Part shown: positions 18,553 through 28,972 of the stretch, in pieces | Layout of the letters: the number at the start of each line of letters is the position of its first letter | How positions within the stretch are numbered: the stretch's first letter is position 1 | Source of the DNA: Candidatus Bacteroides merdigallinarum | Lineage (GTDB): Bacteria; Bacteroidota; Bacteroidia; Bacteroidales; Bacteroidaceae | Assembly (NCBI GenBank): GCA_019116285.1 | Contig: DXBX01000002.1 | Coordinates: forward strand, 4,417-68,416 | Length of the DNA: 64,000 bases | Direction: 5' to 3' | The notes under the pieces: generated by a model | The model's input: only the letters and a program-made list of their open reading frames with translations | Databases searched by the model: none | What the model was told of the DNA's origin: nothing | Made by a program: the position numbers and the translations under genes

Positions 18553-19641
18553 TTAGCGGCGAATGTCGCGTATGGCCTCAATCAACCGCTCGAAGTCGGC
18601 GGGATGTACGTCGCCGATGTTGCCGATGCGGAAAGTATCTGCTTGCGAAATCTTGCCGGGGTAGATGACGAAGCCGCGCTCCTTCAGCTGGTGGTAGAAG
18701 GTCTTGAAGTCGAAGCCTTCGCCCGGATAGAGGAAGGAAGTGATGACGGGCGACTGGATATCGTCGGACAGCAGTGTCTTGAAGCCGAGCGAGCGCATGC
18801 CCTTCACCAGGGTGTCGTGGTTCTTTTGGTAACGCTGATGACGGGCCTCGACGCCGCCTTCAGCCTCCAGTTCTTCCAAGGCCTGCTTGAAGGCGCGCAC
18901 CACGTGGGTAGGCGACGTGAAGCGCCATTTGCCGTGCCCCTTCTCCATGGTCTCCCACTGGTCGTAGATGTCGAGCGAAAGAGAGCGGGCCACGCCCTTG
19001 CAACGCATCAGCTCGGAGCGGCGGGCGATGATGAAGCCGAAGCCCGGTACGCCCTGGATGCACTTGTTGGCGCTGCTGATGAGGAAGTCCACACCCAGTT
19101 CTTTCACATCGAGGGGAATGCCGCCGAAGCTGCTCATGGCGTCCACAATGAGGCGCTTGCCGTACATCTTCACCAGGTGGGCCACCTCCTTCAGCGGGTT
19201 CAGGATGCCCGTGGTGGTCTCGCAGTGCACGATGGCCACGTGGGTAATCTCGGCATTGTGGGCCAGGTAGTCGTCCACGTAGTTCAGGTTGACTTGCTCG
19301 GTCTCGTCAAAAGCCAGCATGTCATAATCCAGGTGGTAATACTCGGCGATGTTTCCCATGCGGTCGCCGTAAGCGCCGTTGCTCAGGATGAGCAACTTGT
19401 CGCCGGGCTTGATGGCTGCTCCGAGGACGGCCTCCACACAGTAAGTGCCGCTGCCTTGAAGGAGGACAGAGGTATATTCGTCCGTCTGCGGAGTGGCCAG
19501 GGAGACGAGTTGTTTGCGGATTTCCTCCACGATGTGTACATTGTAGTCTTCGTCCCATGTGCACCAGTCGGTCAACATGGCTTGCTTGACGGTATCGGTA
19601 GTGGTCAGGGGGCCGGGAGTCAGTAACAAATAGGGTCTCAT
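18553..19641 (-). CDS. phnW: 2-aminoethylphosphonate--pyruvate transaminase
   Basis: Motifs [37 protein letters not shown] (PLP Lys) and IYPGK. Adjacent to phnX. Confidence 0.95.
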   Translation of the reverse strand: MRPYLLLTPGPLTTTDTVKQAMLTDWCTWDEDYNVHIVEEIRKQLVSLATPQTDEYTSVLLQGSGTYCVEAVLGAAIKPGDKLLILSNGAYGDRMGNIAEYYHLDYDMLAFDETEQVNLNYVDDYLAHNAEITHVAIVHCETTTGILNPLKEVAHLVKMYGKRLIVDAMSSFGGIPLDVKELGVDFLISSANKCIQGVPGFGFIIARRSELMRCKGVARSLSLDIYDQWETMEKGHGKWRFTSPTHVVRAFKQALEELEAEGGVEARHQRYQKNHDTLVKGMRSLGFKTLLSDDIQSPVITSFLYPGEGFDFKTFYHQLKERGFVIYPGKISQADTFRIGNIGDVHPADFERLIEAIRDIRR

Positions 19642-19670
19642 ATCAAGGAATAATGATTAATGGTTAGCGG

Positions 19671-20468
19671 TTAAAGAGTAGCGTTCAGTTTGCAGTTGAT
19701 TTCGTCGATGACGGCGGGCAGTTGCTCGATGGAGTCCACCACATAGTGTGCTCCGGCCTCCAGCATGCGGTGACGGACTTCCGCCTTGCGCGTCTCCAGT
19801 TCGGCTACGGGCAGGGCGGCGATTTCCTCCTGCGTCAGGCCCAGTTCGTTGCTGCCCAGGATGACGCCCACGGTCCATACCTTGGCATTGACGCCCTCGC
19901 GGATGTCGGCGATGGTGTCGCCATACTTCAGCACACAGTCCACCGAGGGAATGGCCAGCTCAATCATATTCTGGTAAATCATATACGGATAAGGACGTCC
20001 GGCAGGTAACTGGTCGGACGTGACGCAGGCATCAATCTTGTAGCCCATGCGCTCGGCGGCGGGGATGACCACGTCCATCATCTGCTTGGTGTAGCCCGTG
20101 GTGGAGCCTACCTTGATGCCTTGGGCACGCAGGTTGGCAATGACTTCCGGCACACCGGGAATGGGAGTGGCATAGTCCTCCAGCGTGGCAAACAGAACGC
20201 GCTGGAACTCGGCATAACGGGCCTGTACGTCTTCGTCCGTATAGTCGCGGCCATACTTGGCACGGAAGGCCTCGCTGACGCGGGGGATATTGAACAGGGC
20301 ACGGATTTCTTCAATCTTGGTCAGGCCCATGTAGGTGCGGGTTTCGGCAGGAGTTACCTCGATGCCGGCAGCCTTGAAACTTTCCACAAAAGCGGCCACG
20401 GGAGCAAAGCAGCCATAATCGACCGACGTGCCGGCCCAGTCCATGATGATGCATTCAATCTTCTTCAT
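19671..20468 (-). CDS. phnX: Phosphonoacetaldehyde hydrolase
   Basis: HAD motif DWAGT-VDYG, MGLTK Schiff-base Lys, STTGY, GRPYP and GDTIADIREG. Confidence 0.95.
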   Translation of the reverse strand: MKKIECIIMDWAGTSVDYGCFAPVAAFVESFKAAGIEVTPAETRTYMGLTKIEEIRALFNIPRVSEAFRAKYGRDYTDEDVQARYAEFQRVLFATLEDYATPIPGVPEVIANLRAQGIKVGSTTGYTKQMMDVVIPAAERMGYKIDACVTSDQLPAGRPYPYMIYQNMIELAIPSVDCVLKYGDTIADIREGVNAKVWTVGVILGSNELGLTQEEIAALPVAELETRKAEVRHRMLEAGAHYVVDSIEQLPAVIDEINCKLNATL

Positions 20469-20526
20469 ACGATGTTTCTGTTTATTATATTTATACTTAT
20501 AAATTCAAGGATAAACATACACTGTC

Positions 20527-21873
20527 TCAGGACACCAACTGCAGCCCCGGACTGACAAACTCATTCGCACCGCGCCGGCCCGGAAATTCCCGCCGATGGC
20601 GCATAACGATATAGACCGCAGCCGCCACAAAAGCCACGCTGCTCACCAAGCCCACATAGCCGGATAATTGGTTATAGAACGCCAGCCAGTCGATATCCGG
20701 CGTGAGGAATTCCTTGCAGGCCAGCACGACCACCGTGCCCGTATAGCCGATGAAGTCGAGGGTGACAATGAAAAAACCTACATTGCCCTTGATGCGGAAG
20801 CAGGCGATGAACCGCTCGAAAAAGAGCGTCTGGAAGCTGAGGTAGACCACGTAGAGGAACAAGCCTTGCAGGAAGAGCCACGTCACCGTCGGCAATTGCA
20901 GGGCATCGTAGTTGAAAGCCAGGAAACTCAGTCCCACTGCCCCGCCTGTCACCAGAAGGAGCAGGATGCAGAGCACCCGCAAATTGTTACGCACCAACGT
21001 CATCAGGCCAAAGAGCCCAAGGATGATGAGTGTCACCAGGCCGTCAATCTTGGCAAAGGCCCAAGAGGAAAGTCCGGCGGCCTCCACGTCTATGATGTTC
21101 ACGATAAAGTCCTCTTTCACATCACGCAGGATGGTGATGAACAAGTTGGCCACAAAGAGCAGGAGCAACACCGGGAAGAAATCCCGCAAGATGCGCAGAC
21201 GGCCTTGCCTGTCCAGCGTCACCCGCTCCGTGCGCTGAGCCTTGTCGGCTTCGGTGGGAACCGGCAGACGGTTCAGCAACCAGCCCAAGAGTAAAAGCAA
21301 CGGCAAGGCGATGCCTCCGATTAGGGCCGGCATCCAGAACTCGCTGACCTGCCAGGTGTCCATCACGAACAATCCCGCCGACTTGGCCGCGCCCGAACTG
21401 ACCGCAATGCTCATTCCCATCAGCGCAGCCAGGAGGTCCGTAGTGCGGCGTCCTTCCAAAAAGCTGAAGATAACACCCCACATACAACCCAACGAAAGCC
21501 CGTTGAAGAATAAGGCAAACACATTGAACGGACAAGGCAGGCATCCGAAGGCCACCAAGGAAAGTTCAGCTCCCAACACGGCCAACACAATGAACCGCAG
21601 ACGGTTTTCCCGCTTCAGTTCGGAGATGAGCTTGATGCCCGCCAACTTGGAAAGGAAATAACCGGAAATCTGCACCATACTGGCAGCCGTCTTGTAGTCC
21701 ATCCCGAAGAAGTCCATCCCGTCGAACGTGGCAGCGGTGAAGGGCTTGCGCAAAGCATAGACTAAGGAATAGGAAAGAAGTGCCGCACCACCCGCCCACA
21801 GGATGAAGAGGAAGTCGGCCAACCGTCGGTCGGATGCAACAGTATGTTTGATTGCGGAGAATATGCGATTCAT
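20527..21873 (-). CDS. MFS-like membrane protein (DUF5690-like), putative aminophosphonate transporter
   Basis: About 12 TM segments. Motifs YALRKPFTAA, FSFLEGRRTTD and FFERFIA. First gene of the phnX-phnW unit. Confidence 0.75.
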   Translation of the reverse strand: MNRIFSAIKHTVASDRRLADFLFILWAGGAALLSYSLVYALRKPFTAATFDGMDFFGMDYKTAASMVQISGYFLSKLAGIKLISELKRENRLRFIVLAVLGAELSLVAFGCLPCPFNVFALFFNGLSLGCMWGVIFSFLEGRRTTDLLAALMGMSIAVSSGAAKSAGLFVMDTWQVSEFWMPALIGGIALPLLLLLGWLLNRLPVPTEADKAQRTERVTLDRQGRLRILRDFFPVLLLLFVANLFITILRDVKEDFIVNIIDVEAAGLSSWAFAKIDGLVTLIILGLFGLMTLVRNNLRVLCILLLLVTGGAVGLSFLAFNYDALQLPTVTWLFLQGLFLYVVYLSFQTLFFERFIACFRIKGNVGFFIVTLDFIGYTGTVVVLACKEFLTPDIDWLAFYNQLSGYVGLVSSVAFVAAAVYIVMRHRREFPGRRGANEFVSPGLQLVS

Positions 21874-22068
21874 TGCAGGTTCGTTTATGATTACGGCGGC
21901 AAAGGTAAGGCCATCGGACGAAAGGGAAAATGAATTTCCATTATTAATAAGGCTCTTCTACACAGATGTTTATAATGTAACATTAATGAAATATTTATGC
22001 AATGAAGGTGCAACACGAAGTGCGTTTCTTTGAAGCCATTTTGAAAAAGAAGCAAGCAAAGACATCGT

Positions 22069-22953
22069 ATGGAAGATTTATTAGAGATTTACAAACGCAT
22101 TGAACATCTGCGCAACAACGGCGTGAAAATGAAAGAAATGGCCGACTATACCCACATGCCGGCCAGTGTGTTGTCCTCCCTCTACTCGGCTGTGCTGCCC
22201 GCCTACATCAGCACGCTGAAGAAAGGCAATTCCGCCGAAGAGGCCTTGGACTATGCCCTGGGACAAGTGAACAATGTATCGAAGAAACGTCTGCTGGGCA
22301 ATCTGAAGGATTTGAAAGAACGTCTTTTCGAATTGGAGCCTGCCCCGGCAGCCACCGGACTGAAGGATAACCCCTTCCTAAACATGCTGAACGAGGAAAT
22401 GCCCCGCTCGGCACAAGAGGCCTATAACTACAGTGGCATCTACATCAGCTACAGCCTGTCCTCCTCGTCCAACACGCTCAAAGTGGAGCCGTACCTCATC
22501 ACGGCCTCCGAGAAGAATGACTATGTCCGCGTCATCCACATGAGTGCCTACAACACGACCCACACCGGTGTGGCGCTCTTCAGCAACCACCAGACAGCCT
22601 ACCTGATGTTCAACGAACGGGAGATGCCGCAGATAGCCCTCTTCACCATCTACTTGCAACTGCCTATGTACGACTTCCCCCACCAACTGAAGGGTCTCTA
22701 TCTCAGCCTGGACTACAACCGGAATCCCATTGCCCGACGCATCGTCTTTGTCAAGCACTCAGACAGTACCGCCTTGGAGGATTTCCTCGAACTGAAAGGG
22801 AGACTGGTGCCACGCGAGGAACTGACGGACGAACTACTCCCTTATTATAATTATACCTGCCAGCCAAGCGACTGCATCAAGACATGCACCGTGCCTTCTC
22901 CCCGACTGGATTCCAATGACTTGGAGCGGGAAAAGAAGTTGCTGGAAATCTAG
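22069..22953 (+). CDS. Uncharacterised soluble protein with an HTH-like N-terminus, divergent from the phn operon
   Basis: 294-aa ORF with host-like codon usage. The N-terminus RIEHLRNNGVKMKEMADYTHMPASVLSSLYS resembles an Xre HTH. Function is inferred only. Confidence 0.7.
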   Translation: MEDLLEIYKRIEHLRNNGVKMKEMADYTHMPASVLSSLYSAVLPAYISTLKKGNSAEEALDYALGQVNNVSKKRLLGNLKDLKERLFELEPAPAATGLKDNPFLNMLNEEMPRSAQEAYNYSGIYISYSLSSSSNTLKVEPYLITASEKNDYVRVIHMSAYNTTHTGVALFSNHQTAYLMFNEREMPQIALFTIYLQLPMYDFPHQLKGLYLSLDYNRNPIARRIVFVKHSDSTALEDFLELKGRLVPREELTDELLPYYNYTCQPSDCIKTCTVPSPRLDSNDLEREKKLLEI

Positions 22954-22977
22954 GCCGCCTCTTCATAGTATATAAAT

Positions 22978-23060
22978 CAGGCGCGGATTTCGCGAATCCC
23001 CGGACTCCTTTCTACCATATTATAGAATAAGAACCGGGAACTCCGCGTAATCCGCGCCTG
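22978..23060. terminator. Long inverted repeat between convergent genes (CGGATTA-type hairpin)
   Basis: CAGGCGCGGATT...TAATCCGCGCCTG with an inner CCCGG/CCGGG stem. Confidence 0.7.
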
Positions 23061-23084
23061 TAATTTATCTATCGGTCTTATAGC

Positions 23085-24428
23085 TTACAAGCCGATAACT
23101 GTCTTCTCCAGCCAGTAGACCACGATACCGGCCAAGTATCCTACAAAGGCAATCCACGTGATGCGCTTCATGTACCAGCCGAAGGTGATCTTCTCCAAGC
23201 CCATGACTACGACACCCGCAGCCGAACCAATGATGAGCATCGAACCACCCACGCCGGCACAGTAAGCCAGCAGTTGCCAGAAGATACCATCCTGCGCCAT
23301 GTCACCCACCTCGGCCATGGGATACATACCCATACAACCGGCCACGAGGGGCACATTATCCACGATGCTGGATAGCACACCAATGATACCCGTCACAAGA
23401 TAGTGATTGCCCTCGAATGTCACATCCAATCCGCGACCAACGGAGGCCAGCACACCAATCTGCTGCAAACAACCGACAGCCATCAGAATACCCAAGAAGA
23501 AGAGAATGGTACTCATGTCGATGCGCGAGATAATCCCTGCAATGCGCTTCTGCGTCCCGCCGGTATCCTCATGCTCGGGCAGGTGGCGGTAGAAAAGCTC
23601 GGTGGCCAACCACAATACACCCAGCACCAACAAGATGCCTACAAACGGAGGCACATGCGTGATACTCTTGAAGATGGGTACAAAGATAAGTCCGCCCACG
23701 CCCAGCCAGAATACGGTCTTACGCTGTCCCTCGGACAAACCTTGGTGTATGGTTCCTGCATCGGCCTCAACACCGGATGCCACGTTACCCTTGAGATAGC
23801 GGGAAAGAATATAAGCCGGAATGATGACCGACACAATGGAGGGTATAAACAGTTCCTTGATAACTCCCGCTGCCGTAATAAGACCTTTATTCCACAACAT
23901 AATAGTCGTAACATCCCCGATAGGCGAGAATGCTCCACCGGAATTGGCAGCAATAATGATGAGCGAAGCATAGATAAGGCGGTCTTTGTGATCGTCTATC
24001 AGCTTGCGCAGAATCATTACCATAACGATAGATGTAGTCATATTGTCCAAGATGGCAGAGAGGAAGAAGGTCAGGATGGTGATGCGCCACAGCAAGGCTC
24101 GTTTACTCTTTGTCTTCAGCAGATTGCGCACAAAATTGAAGCCTCCATACTGATCCACAGTTTCCACAATGGTCATGGCGCCCATCAAGAAGAACAAGGT
24201 GGTGGCGGTACTGCCCAAATGGCCTTCGATAACAGAACCGGCCGCAGCAGCGACACCTCCCGGCGCTACGCCTACAAAATTACCCGGGTCGAACATATAA
24301 AGAGTCCACGTGGCGACCAGCATAAGCAGGGCCACAGCTGCCTTGTTGACCTTCGTCACGGTCTCCAAAGCAATACAAAGGTATCCGAATACGAATACGA
24401 TAACGATAGCAAGTGTGATTGATGACAT
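23085..24428 (-). CDS. nhaD: NhaD-family Na+/H+ antiporter
   Basis: Motifs LSAILDNMTT, ANSGGAFSPIGDVTT, SSIVDNVPL and GGSMLIIGSAAGVV. Confidence 0.88.
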   Translation of the reverse strand: MSSITLAIVIVFVFGYLCIALETVTKVNKAAVALLMLVATWTLYMFDPGNFVGVAPGGVAAAAGSVIEGHLGSTATTLFFLMGAMTIVETVDQYGGFNFVRNLLKTKSKRALLWRITILTFFLSAILDNMTTSIVMVMILRKLIDDHKDRLIYASLIIIAANSGGAFSPIGDVTTIMLWNKGLITAAGVIKELFIPSIVSVIIPAYILSRYLKGNVASGVEADAGTIHQGLSEGQRKTVFWLGVGGLIFVPIFKSITHVPPFVGILLVLGVLWLATELFYRHLPEHEDTGGTQKRIAGIISRIDMSTILFFLGILMAVGCLQQIGVLASVGRGLDVTFEGNHYLVTGIIGVLSSIVDNVPLVAGCMGMYPMAEVGDMAQDGIFWQLLAYCAGVGGSMLIIGSAAGVVVMGLEKITFGWYMKRITWIAFVGYLAGIVVYWLEKTVIGL

Positions 24429-24518
24429 GGAATCAAAAGATGAATGGTTAATAATTAATGATTAATGGATGGCAAACAGGATGCACAGCTCATTTACCAT
24501 TACCATTAATCAGTGCGT

Positions 24519-25472
24519 TTACAGGCTCTCCAACAACCGCTTCAGCACGACAGTAGCCGAAATCTCACGGTTGGCCGCTTCCGGAATAACAATGGACTGC
24601 GGACTCTCGATAACATCGTCCGTCACAATCATGTTACGGCGCACAGGCAAACAGTGCATAAAGTAGGCATTGTTGGTGACGGCCATCTGACGATCGCTCA
24701 CAGTCCATGCACGATCTTTACTAAGCACCTGGCCGTAATTATCACCCGTATAAGCAGCCCAACTCTTGGCGTAAATGAAATCGGCACCCTCAAAAGCCTT
24801 CATCTGGTCATATTCCACGCGGGCATGGCCGACAAACTTCGGATCCAACTCATAACCTTCGGGATGGGTGATGACGAAATCATAATCCGTTGCATTCATC
24901 CATTCTGCAAAAGAGTTTGGCACGGCCTGTGGCAAAGGTCGCGGATGGGGTGCCCACGTCATAACGACCTTAGGACGGGCTGTTTTCTTATATTCCTCAA
25001 TCGTAATTAAGTCAGCAAAGCTTTGCAACGGATGGCGGGTAGCAGCCTCCATAGAGAATACCGGACGGCCGGAATATTGAATGAACTGATTGAGGATAAC
25101 CTCATTGTAATCATAGTCGCGGTCCTCAAAACGGGCAAAGGAACGAACGCCGATAAGGTCACAATAACAACCCATCACAGGAATAGCCTCCAACAGATGC
25201 TCAGGCTTGTCACCATCCATGATGACACCACGCTCAGTCTCCAGTTTCCAAGCACCTTGATTCACATCCAGCACGATAACATTCATACCCAAGTTCAGAG
25301 CCGCCTTCTGGGTACTGAGACGAGTACGCAGACTGGAGTTAAAGAATATCATCAGGAGCGTCTTGTTGCGTCCCAATTCCACATACTTGAAGCGGTCTTT
25401 CTTGATTTCGAAAGCTTCATCCAGTGCGGACTTCAGATTGCCGATGTCCTGCACGCAAGTAAATTTCTTCAT
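24519..25472 (-). CDS. argF': N-succinylornithine (acetylornithine-family) carbamoyltransferase
   Basis: Motifs FFNSSLRTRLS, HPLQ, WAPHPRPLPQAV and HCLPVRRN. The Pro in DGDKPEH matches the B. fragilis succinyl-specific enzyme. Confidence 0.92.
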   Translation of the reverse strand: MKKFTCVQDIGNLKSALDEAFEIKKDRFKYVELGRNKTLLMIFFNSSLRTRLSTQKAALNLGMNVIVLDVNQGAWKLETERGVIMDGDKPEHLLEAIPVMGCYCDLIGVRSFARFEDRDYDYNEVILNQFIQYSGRPVFSMEAATRHPLQSFADLITIEEYKKTARPKVVMTWAPHPRPLPQAVPNSFAEWMNATDYDFVITHPEGYELDPKFVGHARVEYDQMKAFEGADFIYAKSWAAYTGDNYGQVLSKDRAWTVSDRQMAVTNNAYFMHCLPVRRNMIVTDDVIESPQSIVIPEAANREISATVVLKRLLESL

Positions 25473-25605
25473 ATATAATAATAGGTATAATTAATTCGCA
25501 GCCCAAAGATACGAGTATTCGGCGAATAATCCCTATTTAAGGAGAACAAAATAAAAAGAAAGTGCGGAAAAGCATCGGATACCTCCCTCTTAGGTTCACT
25601 CGGCT

Positions 25606-25836
25606 TCACTCTTCGTCAATCAGCAGAGGATTCTCCTGATAAATGCCGGACAACTCGCGGAAGAAATTATGATCCAGCACCAGCGAGATGCGCCACAGCA
25701 ACTCAACATCAATATTTGCTTTGCGGAAAATTTTATAGACATTGGAACGGGTACAACATAATTGTGCCGCGAACCAAGAGACTGTATGCCCCTGCTCCCG
25801 TAATGCGTCTCTAATAAGCAGACCTGTGTGTATCAT
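25606..25836 (-). CDS. Small Xre-like HTH protein
   Basis: 76 aa, TVSWFAAQLCCTRSNVYKIFRKANIDVELLWRIS. It has its own -7 box (CAAAGGTA) near 25865. Confidence 0.8.
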   Translation of the reverse strand: MIHTGLLIRDALREQGHTVSWFAAQLCCTRSNVYKIFRKANIDVELLWRISLVLDHNFFRELSGIYQENPLLIDEE

Positions 25837-25983
25837 TGGTATCTAATTTGTATGTTTGCTTCACAAAGGTAAGCATTTAATCCGAAAGACAAGCATCCCT
25901 GCGGAAAAACATTTCTTTTACTTCCTCCGCCCAAATACATAAAACACAGACAACTGACTATCTGAGCGTCTAAGATGCAATCT

Positions 25984-26030
25984 AGGCGGACTAAGCGGAA
26001 GAATTAAAAATTTATCCGCATAATCCGCCT
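25984..26030. terminator. Hairpin downstream of proA (CGGATTA-type)
   Basis: AGGCGGACTAAGCGGA...TCCGCATAATCCGCCT. Confidence 0.6.
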
Positions 26031-26067
26031 TTCCGGTTTACTGCATGAATGCAGCTATCTTTTCAAA

Positions 26068-27315
26068 TCATTTCCGGATTTGTCCGTTGCCCTCTACCAG
26101 CCATTTGTAAGTCGTAATTTCCTCCAAAGCCATCGGCCCACGGGCATGCAATTTCTGGGTACTGATACCAATTTCCGCTCCAAGACCGAACTGGGCACCA
26201 TCAGTGAAAGAAGTCGGAACATTATGATAAACACAAGCGGCATCCACCTCGTGCAGGAAACGGTCGGCCTGTGCCTTGTTCTCTGTAACAATGGATTCGC
26301 TATGCCGGGAGCCATACTGTCGGATATGAGCCAAAGCCTCATCAATGGAAGCAACGGTCTTCACTGCCATTTTATAGTCCAAGAACTCCGTGCCATAGCT
26401 TTCCGGTGTGGCCGGAGCCAACAGTTGAGCGGGATAATGCCCAGACAAAGCTGCCAGTGCCGGTTCGTCCGCATAAATGAGCACATTGCTCGTCTGTAAA
26501 GGTGCACATAAAGCCGGCAAATCCACTAAACGGTCGGCATGCACCAGTAAGCAATCCAACGCATTGCATACACTGACACGACGGGTCTTGGCATTATTGA
26601 CAATAGCCGCACCTTTCTGCACATCTCCCTCGCGGTCGAAGTAAGTATGGCAGATGCCTGCTCCCGTCTCAATAATAGGAATGGAGGCATTCTCCTTGAC
26701 AAACCGGATAAGCCGGCTGCTGCCACGGGGTATCACCAAATCGACATAGCGGTCGGCACGCAACAGACGAGCCGTAGTCTCATGGTCGGAAGGCAATAAT
26801 TCCACCACATGGGTATCCAAGCCATAGTGCTGCAACACTTCATGTATGACGGCAATAATAGCGCGGTTGGAGCAGTCGGCATCACTTCCTCCCTTCAGCA
26901 CACAGGCACTGCCGGCCTTCAGACAGAGTGAGAAAACATCGAAACTGACATTGGGCCGCGCCTCGTAGATGATGGCAATCACCCCGAAAGGCACGCTGAC
27001 ACGGCGAATAGTCATGCCATTGGGCAGAATATGCTCCTTTAACACCCGCCCCAAAGGCGAAGGAAGGAAGGCTACCTTGCGCAGACCGTCGGCAATCTCC
27101 TGCAAGCGGGCTTCCGTCAGTTTCAGACGATCGTACTTGGGATTGGCCGGATCCATCCGCTCCAGGTCCTTGCGGTTTTCCTCCAGGATGAACGAGGATT
27201 TCGCCAAAGCCGCATCGGCCACGGCACATAATATCTCATTGATTTTCGCGCTGTCCACGGCCAGCAGATGCCGGCTTGCCTCCCGGACGGCGGAAAGGGT
27301 TTGTTCTAAGTCCAT
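26068..27315 (-). CDS. proA: Gamma-glutamyl phosphate reductase
   Basis: Motifs [21 protein letters not shown] and [17 protein letters not shown]. Confidence 0.96.
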   Translation of the reverse strand: MDLEQTLSAVREASRHLLAVDSAKINEILCAVADAALAKSSFILEENRKDLERMDPANPKYDRLKLTEARLQEIADGLRKVAFLPSPLGRVLKEHILPNGMTIRRVSVPFGVIAIIYEARPNVSFDVFSLCLKAGSACVLKGGSDADCSNRAIIAVIHEVLQHYGLDTHVVELLPSDHETTARLLRADRYVDLVIPRGSSRLIRFVKENASIPIIETGAGICHTYFDREGDVQKGAAIVNNAKTRRVSVCNALDCLLVHADRLVDLPALCAPLQTSNVLIYADEPALAALSGHYPAQLLAPATPESYGTEFLDYKMAVKTVASIDEALAHIRQYGSRHSESIVTENKAQADRFLHEVDAACVYHNVPTSFTDGAQFGLGAEIGISTQKLHARGPMALEEITTYKWLVEGNGQIRK

Positions 27316-27318
27316 AAT

Positions 27319-28425
27319 CTATTCCATATATAAGTAATCATAATGTACCACCGGCTTCCTGCCATGTTGTCCCATCGCCGCACGGGCCTCCACTGCGCTA
27401 CAATTGGCTTTGCCCACACCTATGGCTTTCCCGTCCGGATCCATGATACGCACAATGTCATCTTTCTCGAAATCTCCGTCAATGGCCGTGATACCCACCG
27501 GCAAAATGCTGGCAGGCTTGTCGGACAACAGGATGTCCGCCGCCTGTTGATTTAAGTGAAGCATTCCTTTGGCAAAACCTTCGCTGTGGGCAATCCATTT
27601 CTTCACACTGGACACGGGTTGGGCTGCAGGAACAAAACGGGTATAATGCAAGGCCGGATTGGCTGCCGCCAACGATGTTTCTTCATTCTTTAGGATTTCT
27701 GTCAGGACATTATCCCGTTTTCCATTGGCAATGATGACCGTGATGCCCTCCTCGGCCACTTTCCTTGCAATACCGGTCTTGGTCAGCATGCCGCCCCGGC
27801 CAAAGCTGGACTTGGAAGTCTGAATACAAGCAGAGAAATCCTCTCCCGGCCGGATCTCGGGAATAGTCCTTGAAGCCGGATCTGATGGCGGACCATCATA
27901 AATCCCGTCCACATTGCTCAAGATAATCAAAGCCTGGGCATCCATCATGGAAGCGATAAGGCCGGACAGTTCATCGTTGTCGGTGAACATCAGCTCGCTG
28001 ACAGAGATAGTGTCGTTCTCATTGACAATGGGAAGAACGCCGTTCTCCAGCATGACGGTCATACAGTTCTTCTGATTCAGGTACTGACGGCGTGTACCAA
28101 AACTCTCCTTCGTTGTCAGGACCTGCCCCACGGGGATACCATGCTCGCGAAACAGCTCATAATAGCGGTTGATCAGCTTGGCCTGCCCCACGGCAGAGAA
28201 AAGCTGACGCTGATCCACACTGTCCAGTTTACGGGCCGGATGAACCTCACTACGCCCCGAGGCCACAGCCCCGGAAGAAACCAGAATGACTTCAATGCCC
28301 GATTTGCGCAAGTCGGCCACTTGGTCCACCAAGGCCGACATGCGCGTCACGTCCAACGTGCCGTCCTTACGGGTCAGCACGTTGCTACCTACCTTTACGG
28401 TGATTCTTGAAAAAGGTTGCTTCAT
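27319..28425 (-). CDS. proB: Glutamate 5-kinase
   Basis: Motifs VKVGS, VSSGAV, NENDT, DNDEL and GGMLTK, plus a C-terminal PUA domain. Start MKQPF at 28425. Confidence 0.96.
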   Translation of the reverse strand: MKQPFSRITVKVGSNVLTRKDGTLDVTRMSALVDQVADLRKSGIEVILVSSGAVASGRSEVHPARKLDSVDQRQLFSAVGQAKLINRYYELFREHGIPVGQVLTTKESFGTRRQYLNQKNCMTVMLENGVLPIVNENDTISVSELMFTDNDELSGLIASMMDAQALIILSNVDGIYDGPPSDPASRTIPEIRPGEDFSACIQTSKSSFGRGGMLTKTGIARKVAEEGITVIIANGKRDNVLTEILKNEETSLAAANPALHYTRFVPAAQPVSSVKKWIAHSEGFAKGMLHLNQQAADILLSDKPASILPVGITAIDGDFEKDDIVRIMDPDGKAIGVGKANCSAVEARAAMGQHGRKPVVHYDYLYME

Positions 28426-28426
28426 G

Positions 28427-28669
28427 TCACTCGCCCAAAGTCTCCTTGCTACGTTCACGAATCACCTCCATGGCAGGCTCATAGTCTGCCTCGTTGACCA
28501 GCACTTTCACACTAATGGCCGACTCGGGCAGAGCCACGTTCACAACCAGCCCGTCCTTGATGGCGGCTTTGATACCACGGTCATTCAACAGGCCTTTTAC
28601 CAATTCGCATTCCCATAGCGAACCCTTGAATACTTCCACGAGCTTGCTCTTGTCTTCTGCTTCTTTCAT
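28427..28669 (-). CDS. DUF2007-like small protein
   Basis: 80 aa, LVEVFKGSLWECELVKGLLNDRGI...VKVLVNEADYEPA. Directly upstream of proB. Confidence 0.7.
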   Translation of the reverse strand: MKEAEDKSKLVEVFKGSLWECELVKGLLNDRGIKAAIKDGLVVNVALPESAISVKVLVNEADYEPAMEVIRERSKETLGE

Positions 28670-28766
28670 ATCCGTAGTCTTTATAGGTTATAATGCCCTA
28701 CAAATATAGGCATTTGTTCTGAAGAGAAGCGCAAGATAAACGAGAAAAATAGGGAAAAACATTACG

Positions 28767-28948
28767 AAAGCCACGGGAAAAATTGCCGAGGCAAGGAATA
28801 AACTCTATTTCCAGCCTAGAAATACACATTTCCAGCCTAAAGATGTACATTTCCAGCCTAGAAATATACATTTCCAGGCTGGAAATAGAACTTTCAAGCT
28901 ACATCGGCAACTTTTCCAGCGGCTTCGAGAACTTTTTCCAGCGGCTTT
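28767..28948. repeat. Dispersed palindromic-array element, copy 2
   Basis: Core units at 28807, 28828, 28849 and 28870. The right flank closely resembles the reverse complement of the left flank of copy 1. Confidence 0.9.
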
Positions 28949-28972
28949 AATGAGTGATTTTAACTCATTCCC

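Noticed and set aside
25606-25836. Small HTH gene as an antitoxin or prophage remnant
   Set aside because: No adjacent toxin or phage gene. It stands alone between proA and argF'.
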